A stretch of DNA of 64,000 bases, taken from NCBI RefSeq assembly GCF_006345805.1, contig NC_042998.1, positions 112,096,001 through 112,160,000 of the forward strand, written 5' to 3'. This DNA comes from Octopus sinensis. Its lineage: Eukaryota. Made by a program: the position numbers and the translations under genes. The notes under the pieces are model-generated. The model saw only the letters and a program-made list of their open reading frames with translations, ran no database searches and was not told the DNA's origin. This document shows, piece by piece, positions 27,218-42,095 of this stretch (positions are counted from its first letter, which is position 1; each line of letters starts with the position of its first letter).

Positions 27218-28234
27218 ATTATAGTCGAGATTTCTCCAACCTGGCCAGCCTCAAGGAAAAACTAAGCTAAGCGCATTAGATTCCTTGGAAGAAAGCAACG
27301 AATGTATACGAAAACAAGGACCAAAAAGAAAAACGGAGAAGGTTACACAAATACAAATAACAGGACATAACAACAGGTGTCTTTCGACTAAGGACGAATT
27401 AAATTAAGCTGGTGTGTGTGGAAGTAAAGCCTTACGGCAGGGATGCAAGATTTCACAGGCACAGGGAAGAATATAGAAATTCCACGGACAGCGGCCGAAC
27501 CAAGAAAGAAAGGTCAGGCTTGGCCGAACACCGGTCACGTGGGGAGAGAAGAGAGAGAGACAGAGAGACAGAGAGAGACAGAGGGAGAGACAGAGGGAGA
27601 GAAAGAGGGAGAAGAAACAAGAAGGGGCGAGAAAAAATGACAGGGAGACAGTGAATTGAAAATAGGAGGGAAAGTGAGCATGACGAGAAGGCAATGAAAT
27701 TTATCTAAATCTTGTATGACTTTTATTCTTTTATTCTTTTCTTTTTTCTATCAGCCCTTTCACGCTTACTTCGTTCATTCCACTCTTCGTTCTTTCGTTC
27801 CCCTTCTCTCACATTTCATTACCGTCTCTTCATGCTCACTTTCCTTTCTCTTTTCATTTCACTGTCACCCTGTCATTTTTTCTCGCCCCTCCTTGTTTCT
27901 TCTGTCCCTCTGCCTCTACCTTCTTTCAGTTTTCGTCTCCCATATCTATTCACAAGGCTTTGGTCGGCCCGAGGCTACAGTAGGGGACACGTGCTTAAGG
28001 TGCTATGATGTGGGATTGAACTCAGAACCATGTGATTGGCAAGGAAACTTCTTGTCACTCAACAACTACCTTTCTTAGCTAAAGTAGTTTATAAAAAAGT
28101 AGTTTACCTTGCATAAGATTTCAAAATTAACCCCAAACCTTATGTAATGCAGGATTAATTGTATACGATGTCAGCGTGTGCGCCGTTATGTAACCTAGAT
28201 TCATAAGTTCAGCAATGTTGGTGTATATATAACT

Positions 28235-28530
28235 GACACTCCGTCGGTTGCGACGACGAGGGTTCCAGTTGATCCGATCAACAGAACAGCCTGCACGTGA
28301 AATAACGTGCATGTGGCTTAGCACTCCTCAGATACGTGTACCCGAAACGTAGTTCTCGTGGAGATTCAGCGTGATACGGAATGTGACAAAGTTTGACCTT
28401 TGAAATACAGGTACTACAAATTTTTCTCTTCTGAGTGCACTGGACAACGTGAAATTAAGTGTCGCCGGAAAATGAACTTAGGAACTTACGATTGTGAGCC
28501 GAATACCCTATGCACTAAGCCGCGAGCCTT
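28235..28530 (-). mobile_element. tRNA-derived SINE family C
   Basis: Minus-strand head AAGGCTCGCGGCTTAGTG..GGGTATTCGGCTCACAATCGTAAG..AGTTCA, followed by an ACACTTAATTTCACGTTG.CCAGTGCACTCAG body; distinct from families A and B. Confidence 0.65.
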
Positions 28531-28768
28531 CGCTGTTCGTGTATGTAGACAAAGTAAAATACTATAAGCTTCTAATCCCCCCATGGACGGATTACAGTAT
28601 TCTTTCTATGAAAAATTTCCACAAAGCCTGGAAATCAGACGTATCAAACCTACTTTCCTTGCTCCCGGCCATACTAAAAAATCCTATGGTGCAATGATTT
28701 ACTTTATTTTTAGGAGAGGTTATAATAGCTTGCGTGTGTGTGTGAGGAGGTATGTCCTTGTCTGTGAG

Positions 28769-28831
<63 letters not shown>

Positions 28832-28870
28832 TATATATATTATATATATATAATATATATTATATATATA

Positions 28871-29430
28871 TATTTCTAAATCTCTCTGAAGGAGACTACG
28901 ACAGCAATACTGGATATTGATAGTTATCGCCAAGCTAACATGGCAGTCCAGGAAAATAGGACGAATGATACCGTTGATTAGCTCCAAGAGACCATCACCT
29001 CTAGCTAGCTATGTGACACACAAACCTGTGTCCTTTACAACCTTCGAACAGGGCAGGTCAGCAGCTTCCCCTTGCTGGTTGAACAACCACAGACTAGTTT
29101 CGAGGTGATTGCCCCTTGTCAATGTGGAGTAGCCGAACCCAGCAGGTGTTGCTGCTGACTGTCTGTTCAAAGGTGTATATTTACATATATTCAGTGGAAC
29201 ACATCCACTGGTTTTCAAAAATAGAAATATTAATATTTCTAAATCTCTCTAAAAGAGACCACGGCAGCAGTACTGGATATTAATAGTTATATCGCCAAGC
29301 TAGCATCAGCCGAAATTGCGAGGATGATCCGGTTCTTGACTGAAGTTTGAAGGCTTCGAATGTCCCGTCCGTGTTTTTTGTATCGTCTTCTAAATGTTTT
29401 ACGTTCTTGTCCCAGTTTGTATTTTTCTAC

Positions 29431-29435
<5 letters not shown>
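28871..29435 (+). mobile_element. Non-coding repeat with ~70 bp diverged direct repeats (period ~364 bp)
   Basis: ATTTCTAAATCTCTCT..GAGAC.ACG.CAGCA.TACTGGATATT.ATAGTTAT..CGCCAAGCTA occurs at ~28872 and ~29235; a reverse copy lies at ~39445-39500. Confidence 0.6.
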
Positions 29436-29460
<25 letters not shown>

Positions 29461-29461
<1 letters not shown>

Positions 29462-29937
29462 CGTCTTGGTATAAAAGATGGGCTACAGCAAATATTCTGC
29501 TCAATACCACAGATTTGCTTGTCAGTTGTTTGACCTTAACCAGTTGAGCATGTCCCTTAGTGGCTGACGTTATGTGCATCTCAGATCACGAGCAGAAGTA
29601 GTGGGGGAGCATCATAGCCATGTGTTGAGAAGGATTCTTTGGGGTTTGAATAATTCACCTCTGGAAACATGGGTGTTTCGTTCAACGTCCTTAAACAACC
29701 CTTATTCAGGGACCTTTTGAGCGGGATGGGTTACTCGATCTGAATAAAATTCTAACTGGGCTCCACCTGCAAGGTCATGTGCTGTTTATCTTGATATGAG
29801 ATCACCATGTCGCGCACATATGGTTGTGATGCATGTGCCTGGTGTACCCTTATCAGACGGGTAGTCATGATGGGTATACTGGGCTTCGTATATTTTACCC
29901 CAGTGTCACTTTGATGGCATGCTATGCTCGCTCACTC
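29461..29937 (+). mobile_element. Probable 5'-truncated retroelement 3' UTR within an (AAT)n microsatellite
   Basis: GC-richer ~480 bp block flanked by (AAT)n on both sides, with the longer tract at the 3' end. Confidence 0.55.
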
Positions 29938-29987
<50 letters not shown>

Positions 29988-30269
29988 TAATAATAATAAT
30001 ATATATATATATATATAGTAATAATAACAATACGCTTTGGATAGAATTTATAAACATTTAATGCATCGCTACTCGCGTTTCCACAAATCACATGTCTTTT
30101 AAGAGACATGTTATCATTACTATATTTAACCTACATTATATCGGTACAGCTCGATGCAACCCCGAAAAACTTGTTCACCGGCCAGCATCATTAGACTGTG
30201 GCCAGCAAAATCGAGATTTATTTGCATATTCAAAGCGTTTCCCGCAAGCAAACTTAAAAGATATTCTTC

Positions 30270-30650
30270 TATTCTTTTATTTGTTTCAATCATTTGTCTG
30301 CGGCGATGCTGGAGCAACGCCTTTAGTCGAGCAGATCCCCCCCCCCCTCCCACCAGCACTTATTCTTCGTAAGCCTAGTACTTATTCTATCGGTCTTTTG
30401 CTGAACCACTAAATCACGGGAACGTAAACACACCAACATCGGTTGTCAAGCGATGGTGAGGAGTAACAAAGACAGACAAACAAACACACACACACATGCA
30501 TATATATAAATATATATACACATATACGACGAACTTCTTTCAGTTTCCGAGGCTATAGTAGAAGACACTTGCCCAAGGTGCCAAGCAGTGGGACTGAACC
30601 CGGAACCATGCGGCTGGTAAGCAAGCTACTTATGGCACAGCAACTCCTAC
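30270..30650 (-). mobile_element. SINE family A copy with internal deletion
   Basis: Same head and tail motifs as 11245-11652. Confidence 0.8.
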
Positions 30651-30655
30651 ATATT

Positions 30656-30705
<50 letters not shown>

Positions 30706-31281
30706 TAAAGTACTTACACGCACAAGCGCTTGTGTGTGTGTGTGTGTGTGTATGTATTTGTGTGCATGCGCGGGGTGGGTTTGTATCATGAATGTATTTA
30801 TAAGAACAATAAAACAACAAGATAAACTGATGAGGTGGAGGCAGCGGCGATGGTGATGGCGATGAAGTAGTATACGTGGATGCTAGCGGCGTGAGTGGTG
30901 GGGTGGGAAGCGGTTTGAAATGCGATAAACACTGAGGTTAAACACATCAACGGCGGTCGGTGTCTCCCACGCGTATTAAAGTCGTTGTTATCAACGGATC
31001 GACAGATGCTAATAAAACACTGAGCTATAATAACCTGTCTGAGAGGTGAGTAACGGTGAGAGACAGGTACAGGTGGAAGGTGAAGGAAAAAGGTGGGGTA
31101 AGGGGAGGAAGAAGAGGAGGAAGGGAAAAGGAGGCGTTTGTCAAAGAAGAAGGAAGATGCGAAGGTTGTTGCTGTTGTGATGTTGTTAACTCCAAGTCTG
31201 TCTTGATTGAATAAATCTATGATCAAACGTTTCACTTCGGGCTACATTTACACAATCTTTATATATATATATATATATATA

Positions 31282-31397
<116 letters not shown>

Positions 31398-31496
31398 CGG
31401 CAGCATAGCGTAGTTTAAGTGAGAATTAGCTGCTATTTCTAGCAGCTTGAGCGAGTCTTCAAACGAAAGGCGGGATTTGTTATGGATGGAAGGGGT

Positions 31497-31575
31497 GGGG
31501 GGAGGAGGAGGAGGAGGAGAAGAAGAAGAAGAAGAAGAAGAAGAAGAAGAAGAAGAAGAAGAAGAAGAAGAAGAA

Positions 31576-31627
<52 letters not shown>

Positions 31628-31640
31628 GTGATGATGAAGA
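31497..31640. repeat. Compound (GGA)n(GAA)n(GAT)n microsatellite
   Basis: Directly visible. Confidence 0.95.
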
Positions 31641-31894
31641 CGAATCAAATCTAGTACTTTATTGATGCTTGGAAGCGTGGGAGAGAAGATAAACAAAGAC
31701 GAGGTAATATTAAGAGAAACAAGAGTGATGGGAAATGATGTTGTGGTAAATTAAATTTTGTCTGGGAACAGAGAAATGTTTACTGAAGGTGGGGAAGGAG
31801 TGTTTCTTTGATATTTTTTTTATTAATAATTCTATTAATAATTTTTTATTAATTTTATTAATATTTTTTTTATCAATATTATATTTTGTATTAA

Positions 31895-32440
31895 AGCGAC
31901 GAGCTGGCGCAATCCTTACTGTACCGGACAAAAAGCTTAGCGGCATTTCTTCCGACTTTAAATTCCAACTTCAAATGTCCTGGAGTCCACTTTACCTTTA
32001 TTCCGTTCAGGTTTGATAAAATAAATACTACTTGAGTACTGGGATCGGTACAATCGTCTTACTTCTCACCCAAAATTGCAGGCCTTGTGCCAAAATTTAA
32101 AGCCAATATTATATTTTATATAAAGGTGGTGAGTTGGCACAATCCTTACCGCGTCGGACAAAATGCTTAGCGGCATTTCTTCCGACTTTGTGCTCTGAGT
32201 CTAACTACCACCGAGAAGTCGACTTTGCCTTTCATCCTTTCGGGGTCGATAAAATAAGTACCAGTTGAGCTTTGGGGTCGATGTGATCGACTTACCCAAT
32301 CCCCTGATATTGCTAGTTTGAAACCCATATTCTGGGATGTCACTTTACGTTGTGAGTTCAAATTTAACTGAAGTTGATTTTGCCTCTTATATTTCTATAA
32401 TCATTAAAATACTATGCCAGTCAAGGACAGAGAATGGTTT
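31895..32440 (+). mobile_element. Head-to-tail cluster of degenerate SINE family B copies
   Basis: GAGCTGGC..CTTAGCGGCATTTC heads at ~31900 and ~32125, and GCCTTTCATCCTTTCGGGGTCGATAAAATAAGTACC-type bodies. Confidence 0.75.
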
Positions 32441-32478
32441 CATAAAATATACATCCTTCCCCGTGTTAGATATCGTTG

Positions 32479-32509
<31 letters not shown>

Positions 32510-32908
32510 TGAAAAGGGGGCATCTGTCTCCAAAACTCCAAAGTGGAGTAACGTTTTCATGCTTGGATTTGTAAACTACGTTAAGAATAACTCTGGTTAA
32601 CAAAGAATTTGTCCCAAAAATATACGAAATGAAAAATATGTAAAAACACTAACACACAGAAGCACAGAAAAGTATGTTGTATACTAACATAGAAAAGTTA
32701 AAACAAAACACGCGGGTCAATAGAATCTCGTGGTGTGAAGAATCAACTCAGAACAACGTGCGACACAAACACGAGTGGTGGTCATGGTAACAAGCTGCTA
32801 ATGCCACGCTGTTTGTTGATTGGCTAAAATTACCTACCACGCTGTTTGTTGATTGGCTAAAATTACCCAATTTTCCAATTTTAATTCCAAATAACATCAG
32901 ATTCTTTA

Positions 32909-33050
32909 CATTATTTACATTTAACGGATATTTATCCTCATCTTGTTTGTTAACACAACCTGTCGGCTGATATATCGTCCAGCCTTCATAAGGTGTCTTG
33001 GGGGAAATTTCGAACCTAGGCTCTCGTTCCTAGGGTATTTTTCGATGTTG
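32909..33050 (-). mobile_element. Penelope pLTR-like arm (degenerate HHR), left end of the composite insertion
   Basis: Minus strand reads CCTTATGA-AGGCTG..CAGCC-GACAGG; a diverged inverted homolog of 35225-35390. Confidence 0.65.
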
Positions 33051-34354
33051 GATGAAGGGGACAGAATAAGGCATCCAGTGATGAAGGAAAGGATCGGGAG
33101 AGAATGTTATCGCAGAGTAAGAGCAATACTCAAGACAGAGCGAAATGCGAGAAACAGGATCAAAGCGATCAATGCTTTAGCCATACAAGTCGTGACGTAC
33201 AGTTTCAAAATCGTTAACTGGTCAATTACTGAAATATGTAATCTTGACAGAAAAATACGAAAACTGTTGACAATGCATAGAATGCACCACCCTAAGATAG
33301 ATATAGAACGACTTTATCTGCCAAGAAAAGAGGGAAGCCGTGGACTTTTACAACTGGCATTAACAATGAAGATTGCCACAATAGGCCTAGACACCTACCT
33401 GAAAAACTCTGAGGACTGGATGTTAAAACTTGTCTCAGAACATGAAAACAAGAAAGCATCATACTTAGTAACAAAACAGGCAAAGAAATATTTAAGTGAA
33501 TTCAGAATACAACAAATTCCGGAATTAGACATACGAGAAACAAGCGCAGAAAAAGCTAAGCGCATGAAAACCCGTGCAAAAAACTGCTGCCTTAGATATT
33601 CTGACTGATAAATGGCAAGAAAAACCTCTCAATGGCAAATACCCAGAGAGCGAATAATGCCGATGTTGACAAAGTCCTGACCCATCAATGGCTAATGGCC
33701 TCTGACTTAAAATCTGAAACAGAAGGGTTTATCATAGCAGCTCACGATCAATGCCTACCAACAAGAAACTACCAGGCCAATATATTAAAGAACGGCAGTA
33801 GCCCAATATGTCGTGTATGTCAACAACAAAATGAAACTATTGATCATGTTGTTTCTAAGTGCAGTCTTTTTGCGCCTACAGAGTATCTCAACAGGCATGA
33901 TAGAACTGCACAATATATTCACTGGGTAATTTGCGAAAGCCTGGACTTGCCCCATGATAAAAACTGGTGGGAACGCAAATCACCTCTAGTGCTTGAAAAT
34001 GATCACATCTCACTCCTCTGGAACTTCACCATTCAGACTGAAAGAAAGATAGATGCGAATAGGCCAGACATCATATTGAAAGACTTCAGACAAAAATCAT
34101 GCCTCCTCATTGATATGACAGTCCCAATCGATATAAACCTATCTGTTAAGTAATACCAAAAACTGAGCAAGTATAACGATCTTGAAATAGAAATTAGCAA
34201 AATGTGGAACCTGAAGACTAAAACAATGCCTGTTGTCATAGGTGCCCTGGGAATGACAGCAAAAGGGGCTTAATGCTACCTAGCTCAGATACCAGGAAAC
34301 CCCAAAATGGCAGAAATTCAAAAGATAGTGCTCATGGGAACTGCTCTTATCTTA
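33051..34354 (+). mobile_element. R4/Dong-like RLE non-LTR retrotransposon, 5'-truncated (RT thumb, CCHC knuckle, restriction-like endonuclease)
   Basis: LDRKIRKLLTMHRMHHPK..RLYLPRKEG.RGL, ETEGFIIAA.DQ, CRVC..ETIDHVVSKC, RHD, RPDIILKD..LIDMTVP, K..KY.DL and PVVIGALG; frameshifts and stops. Confidence 0.92.
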
Positions 34355-35494
<1,140 letters not shown>

Positions 35495-36577
35495 AAATTA
35501 AAGGAGGCTCATTTTGTGAATGAAACTAACTAGATCCGGGATATTTTGAATTACGGGAGATAAGATTTTCTAACAGATACCCAATGTTCGGAAAACAAAA
35601 GTGATTGAATGATCTATACCAGAACGCTTTTGATTATGGCTCTGTTGAATCAGCATCGACCTGTATCTATACAAATGTTGCTTCGCAGTTTGTTTTTATT
35701 TATTTTCGCACATCTACTAGTGTATCTACATTGGCCAAATGGTTTAGCGAATCGTTTCAAAATCATAATCTCTCGGGTTTGATTTCATTGTTCAACAACT
35801 TGAGCAGGTGTCTTATACTATAACTCTTCTACAATTACATTCTTGTTTCATTCCTGATCCACGATAAAAGGCGTTCCAGCGGCTGTTCATTATTTCCTCT
35901 TTTTCTTTTAACCATAATCTATCTAGAACTATTTTACCAAATTTTTCATTTTGCTAAAATGACAGGATGTAATTTGAGGAAGACTTAGCAACCTCTCCAG
36001 CATCTCGAGCAACTACAAAGAGTTTCTCTTGATCACTTGTCTAAAGCATTTACATTGATACAAACTGGATTTTGTTACAAGCTATTTATACTGAGAGGTA
36101 ATGAAAAAAAATTAATACCGAGAGCTAATATTTATCCACGTTTAAGTGGGGATAAATATACAAACTGGATTGTACCTATATTTTAAAGTGCCCGTCCTTG
36201 TTACACACTGTGTCGGTGTAAGATGTCTGATCATTACATTAAGATACGAGCATCTGTGACGTATTCAAACACTTGCAACTTTAATTCAATGAGTTTGTAG
36301 TTCTGTACACAAAGCCACAAAAATATTCATTACTGAGACTGACGCAGCATTCATATAATATTTACATGTAATTATTTATTGGCTTAAATAAACAATTACA
36401 TATCTTACATTTGCATGTCTATTTATATTTAGCTGTATATTTTCATCTACCTCTGTGAGTCTTATAAATACATGTTGTCGTGCACATATCTTTCTTTGTA
36501 AGTCTGCACCACATTATTCCTGATTATGTCTGCAAGATTTGGCATTATCTATGTTTAAGTGACTATATGTAGTCGTA

Positions 36578-37741
36578 TCTCTCTCTATATAAACGGCAGT
36601 TTGTCTGTCTGTGTGTCTGTGTGTCTGTCAGGTTGTACCCTCACCCTGACCACGGCTTTCAACCGATTTTGATGAAACTTGACACACACATAGCCCAATG
36701 TCATAATTCAAAACTAACGCAGCGAAAATTTTGAAAAGTTCCCCCAGTTCTGAAAAGTATTGATAAATTCGACATGGGGTCAAGAATCTAAGCTTTTTAT
36801 ATGCAACACATTTTCTGTTGTAGTTTTCGCAACTTGCAATCGATTTTCACCAAACTCATGGTGAAGCTTAATGTTACCCTAAGAAACTTAATTCTGCCGT
36901 TAGTTTTCCATGCAATACCTTACCATCAGAAAAAATCGATAAAATCATGCCATTTTGGGAAATCGCGTTCAAATTCAAGATGACATATTTTCGACAATAT
37001 CTTTCACAAATTGGAAGGAATTTTTTTAAAAATTCACAGCGAGCATCATGTCTGCTCCAAGGGGCTATATGGCCCTTTTTATTCCAATAGGATACTTTAT
37101 TACTGTAAAAAATTGGTTAATTAAATCATATGTGGCACACATAGCAAACCGATTTGTGTATTAAACACAAACCACAGACTGTCTAGGGGACGCAACTCGA
37201 CCTTTTTAACTTTCGGAACACGTTGGGTAAGTATCCCAAAATGTATAAAAAATGTACAAAAACGGCAAAAAAGCGGGCAGTAATGTGAGTGACAACAACG
37301 AAAAAGTCAAAAGTGACCAAACTGAACAAACGAATGGAAAAGGTTTTTTGGTGCACACGACAAAAGCGGTTTATAATAAACCAAGAGTTTGCAGTTGCGT
37401 CCGAGGACCCTTAGGGTACGTCTAAAATTTAAGGTAAAACGTTTGGGGTGGTAGTTATAAAGAAAGTTTAAACAAAAAAAGTATTCGAATAACTTGCGGC
37501 TGCAGCAGCTATTAGCAGAAGTGGTGGTGTTGGGGGTAAAGTCTCGAATGTAATTTCTTTCTGGTAGGAATTGGTTGGGTTGAATTATCGATAGCTGTTT
37601 GATAGTTATTTGGGAGTGAAGAGAAGACATTGCAACCTACACACGCGCCTTCGTTCCCTAGAGGGAAAGGACTAGATTGGGATTAGTCGTTGCCTACTAG
37701 GGGCTCTTACATACCCGGGCAACGCCGGGCTATGCAGCTAG
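36578..37741 (+). mobile_element. Non-autonomous Helitron
   Basis: 5' TC(TCTCTCTATATAAA) followed by (GTCT)n; 3' subterminal hairpin CCCGGGCAACGCCGGG and CTAG terminus; inserted between A and T with no TSD. Confidence 0.88.
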
Positions 37742-37899
37742 TGTGTCAATATACGTAGGTTTTAAATATACTAACATATATACATATAGTCTTGTGTATA
37801 TTTATATGAACAAAAATGGAAAAGTGCTTATCTATGCCTTCGTGTGCATGATTATATATATGTACCTCTTCATGTGTAGGATTTGATGCTCACATCAAC

Positions 37900-38035
37900 A
37901 TGTTTGTGTGGTAAGAAGCTTGCTCGGGTTCAGTCCCACTGCGTGACTTCTTGAGCAACCGTCTCCTATAATAGCCTTTGACCAACCAAAGCTTTGAGTG
38001 TGGATTTGGTGGACAGAAACTTAAAGAAACGCGTC

Positions 38036-38089
<54 letters not shown>

Positions 38090-38228
38090 CTGTGCGTGCG
38101 TGTTTGTGGGAGGGTGTGTGTATGTGCCTGTGTTTGACCCCCACCCTGCCATCGCTTAACAGTAGGAATTGGTACGTTTACGTTCCCAGAACTTAGCGGT
38201 TCGGCAAAAGAGATCCGATAGAATAAGT
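37900..38228 (+). mobile_element. SINE family A, degenerate
   Basis: GTGTGGTAAGAAGCTTGC..GGGTTCAGTCCCACTGCGTG head and family body. Confidence 0.75.
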
Positions 38229-38389
38229 ATATATATATACATACATACATACGTCTACATATATATATATATATTTGCGAAGACATTATTGACTCTATTA
38301 TTGTATTTTCGGCGATTTATATAAGAGCTTTCACTGTTATTTCCACCAGGTAGACATGCTTAGTATGGCCTTTGATTAATTTTAACATA

Positions 38390-38440
<51 letters not shown>

Positions 38441-38474
38441 ATATATATATATGTATATAAATATGTATGTATAT

Positions 38475-38519
<45 letters not shown>

Positions 38520-38570
38520 TTGTAGGCACACACACACACGCAGACACACATACACACATATAATTATTAT

Positions 38571-39007
38571 TAAGTTTGAAAACGGAGAGATCCAATGGAT
38601 ACCAATAAATTTATAAATCAATTAACATCTTCACCTACTAATGTTTCATTTCGCATTCAGTTTAAACTACAAAACATATACACATATATAATCTTGCATT
38701 TCAAAATACCTTGGGAGGAAAATCATCAGGGCATGAAAAAAGGACGATACAAGGATTATTTTATGTTCTTTTGGAATACTCCAATATGCTTAGTGTATTG
38801 GAATATTCCAACAGATCATGTAATCCTTGTATTGTCCTTTTCCAATGACCTGATGATTTTCCACCTAAGATATTTTGAAATGCAAGATTATACATGTATA
38901 TGTTTTGAATGCGAAATGAAACATTTGTAGGTGAAGATGTCAATTAATTAATTAATTAATTAATTAATGTAATTTGTATTCACTGGATCTCTTCGTTTTC
39001 AAACTTA
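38571..39007. mobile_element. ~437 bp imperfect palindrome with hammerhead-like cores on both strands
   Basis: Arms TAAGTTTGAAAACG..GAGATCC and GGATCTC..CGTTTTCAAACTTA, centre ~38791. Plus strand: CTGATGA at 38850 and GAAACATTTGTA at 38918-38929. Minus strand: CTGATGA at 38729-38723 and GAAACATTAGTA. Confidence 0.8.
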
Positions 39008-39143
39008 GAAAAATATTTAATATTTTATAATATTTCATATAGCATATTCATTGAAGAAATATGTCTTCATAATACAATATATTAAACCAGTGTATCTTGG
39101 ATGAAAATATCCCTATAAAAGGTCTAAATATCTTTACAGTGAC

Positions 39144-39201
<58 letters not shown>

Positions 39202-39205
39202 GTAC

Positions 39206-39272
<67 letters not shown>

Positions 39273-39359
39273 CATACATATATATATATATATACATACA
39301 GACACACACACACACACATATATATATATGTGTGTGTGTGTGTGGTGTGTGTGTGTGTG

Positions 39360-39391
<32 letters not shown>

Positions 39392-39602
39392 ATTTGAACC
39401 TCTGTTATGCCGAAATTTTTATTCCCTAATAAATAATATATATATTAATATCCAGTAACGCTGCCGTAATCTCCTTTAAAGAGACTTAGTAATTTTAATA
39501 TTTCATACACACACATGCAGGTGATGTGGATTTCCACCTCGGCATCCGAAACTCAGAGTTTTATCTTGGCTACCGAATAATTGTCACACACGCATACACA
39601 CA

Positions 39603-39671
<69 letters not shown>

Positions 39672-39675
39672 ATAT

Positions 39676-39729
<54 letters not shown>

Positions 39730-39817
39730 ATATACATGTATGTATGTATGTATGTATATGAACATATATAATATATGTATGTATGTATGTATATGTATGT
39801 TTGTATGTATATATATA

Positions 39818-39848
<31 letters not shown>

Positions 39849-40169
39849 TTATATAAATTGATAGATAAATATACACATATGTATGTGTGTATGTCTGTAT
39901 GTATTCAGTTTTTTTTTGTGTGTGAGTATACACAGATACATGTATATGTATATGGTAATATATCTGTACGTGTGTGTGTGCCCGCCTTCGTAAGCGCGGG
40001 CACATTTAAATTCTACTCTATGCAGTAGCATGTGCATATATACATATACGCGTGTGTGCGTGAGAGACTCTGCATGTGTTTTGCGTGGGTGCGAAACATG
40101 TGTGCTTGCGTGAGCGAGGGACATTTCAAGGATGAGAGAGAAAGGATTATACATATGTGTATATGCGTG

Positions 40170-40202
<33 letters not shown>

Positions 40203-40495
40203 ATGTATTTACACACACACACACACTCACACTCGCACACACAGATCTAGCGTAAGCGTGCGCGTGCGGTCGTGTGTGGACGTTTGTGGACGTTTGTGTA
40301 TGTAAGGGTGTCTGGGTGAGCACACGTGCCATAACAGCTTATTACTCCCTAACCGTCCCATGCATCCGATTAAAACCGTGGAAATGGCAGTATGGACGGA
40401 GTGTCGGCAGTTGAATGTGCACGTGTGTGCTGTGTGATGCTGTACGTGCCTGAATGTGTGCATGGTTGAGTGAGAAAGTTTGTGCGTGCGTGCGT

Positions 40496-40531
<36 letters not shown>

Positions 40532-41499
40532 ATGTTGTATGCGTGTGTCTGTGCGTGCGCGTGTGCGTGCGCCAACGTTTTCAGTTTAGTCTGAGTTGAC
40601 TGATTGGCCTTAAAGAATTGTCCGATTTGCAGCCGTCATTTGTGAGAAAGACAGAACAGAGGTGTGGTGGAGGAGGAGACGGGAGAGGAGGAGGAGGAGG
40701 AGGGGAGAAGGAGGAGGAGGAGGAAAGAATGAGAGAGAGAAAGGGTGAGACAGGCAAACAGGGAGGAAAAAAGAAGGAGAATGAGGGAGGTTGGGAGACA
40801 AAGTCAGAGAGAGAGCGAAAGCGTGTGAGTGTGTGTGTGTTGTGTGTGAGTGTGAGTGTGTGTGTGTGAGTGTGAGTGTGTGCGTGTGTGCGTGAATGTG
40901 TGTGTGTGTGTATGTGCATGTTTGTGTGGTCGGGCGCGAGCCAATAAGAAAGAGACAGAGAATCGCTTAGAGAGGAATAAGAATAGAAAAAGATAAACAT
41001 GGAATATAATAACTGAACAGAGATAAAAAGATGAAGAGGGTGAAGGAAAGAGAGAAACGGCGGGAGAAGAGGTAAACAGTGATGGAGAAAAGGGAAGAAA
41101 GAAAGAGAGTGAATGAGAGAGAGGTTAACACTGGGAGAGATCAGTAAACGAAATGTACTGCTCAGTTGCTATTTAACCCTAAATCAGCTCCGATTGAGCA
41201 GACCTGTGAACAAAGAAATTCCAATGATGGCCATCTTATCTGTTATACTGACCAATAGTGGTTCTTCAAGATGGTTCTTCAAGATGGTACAATGTTATTT
41301 AGGGCGCCTTTGCCTGCTCTTTCTCTATAATTCGTTTTGAGTGTGGAGTTCATATGAGATATAACGGTATGTTGCTGCTACTGCTGGTGTTGTTACAACT
41401 TTATTTAGCCCTAGGTCGTCCTGTCTGAGTAAACCCATGATCAAAGATACTACATCTATGACAGTCTTTTAGTTAGACACATTCTCTAAACAACATCCC

Positions 41500-41705
41500 A
41501 GGCGCAGGCGTTTCTGTGTGGGCGCAGACGTGGCTGTTTAGGCGCAGGCGTGGTTGTGTAGTAAGAAGTTTGCTTCCCAACCACATGGTTCTGAGTTCAA
41601 TCCCACTGTGTGGCATCTTAAGCTAATGTCTTCTGCTCCAGCTTCGGCCCAACCAAAGCCTTGTGAGTGGAATTAGCAGAAGGAAACTGGACAAAGCCCT
41701 TCGTA
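41500..41705 (+). mobile_element. SINE family A 5' part with a triplicated head start
   Basis: GGCGCAG(G/A)CGT occurs three times at ~20 bp spacing before the A and B boxes. Confidence 0.75.
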
Positions 41706-41744
41706 TTTCCCGAGTTGGTTCGAAAGATTGGTTAGTAAAGTGTA

Positions 41745-42064
41745 GTATGATGATGAGGATGAGGATGAGGACAATGACAATGGTGATGATGGTGTTGCTG
41801 ATGATGATGATAATGATGGCGATAGAGCTGTTGGTGGTGGTGATGATGATGATGATGATGACGACAGTAGTGGTAGTGGTGATGGGGTGATGGATGTTGT
41901 TAATGATAATGATGATGATGGAGGTGGTGGTGGTGGTGGTGGTGGTGGTAGTGATGATGACGATGAGGATGATGATGATGATTATGACGATGATGATGTT
42001 GATAGAGAAGGTGGTGATAGTGATTGGTGTTGATGATGATGATGATGATGGAAGTGGTGATGCT

Positions 42065-42095
<31 letters not shown>

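Noticed and set aside
31447-31665. Poly-G/E/D acidic ORF
   Set aside because: It is a pure compound trinucleotide repeat with no flanking domain or evident splice context.
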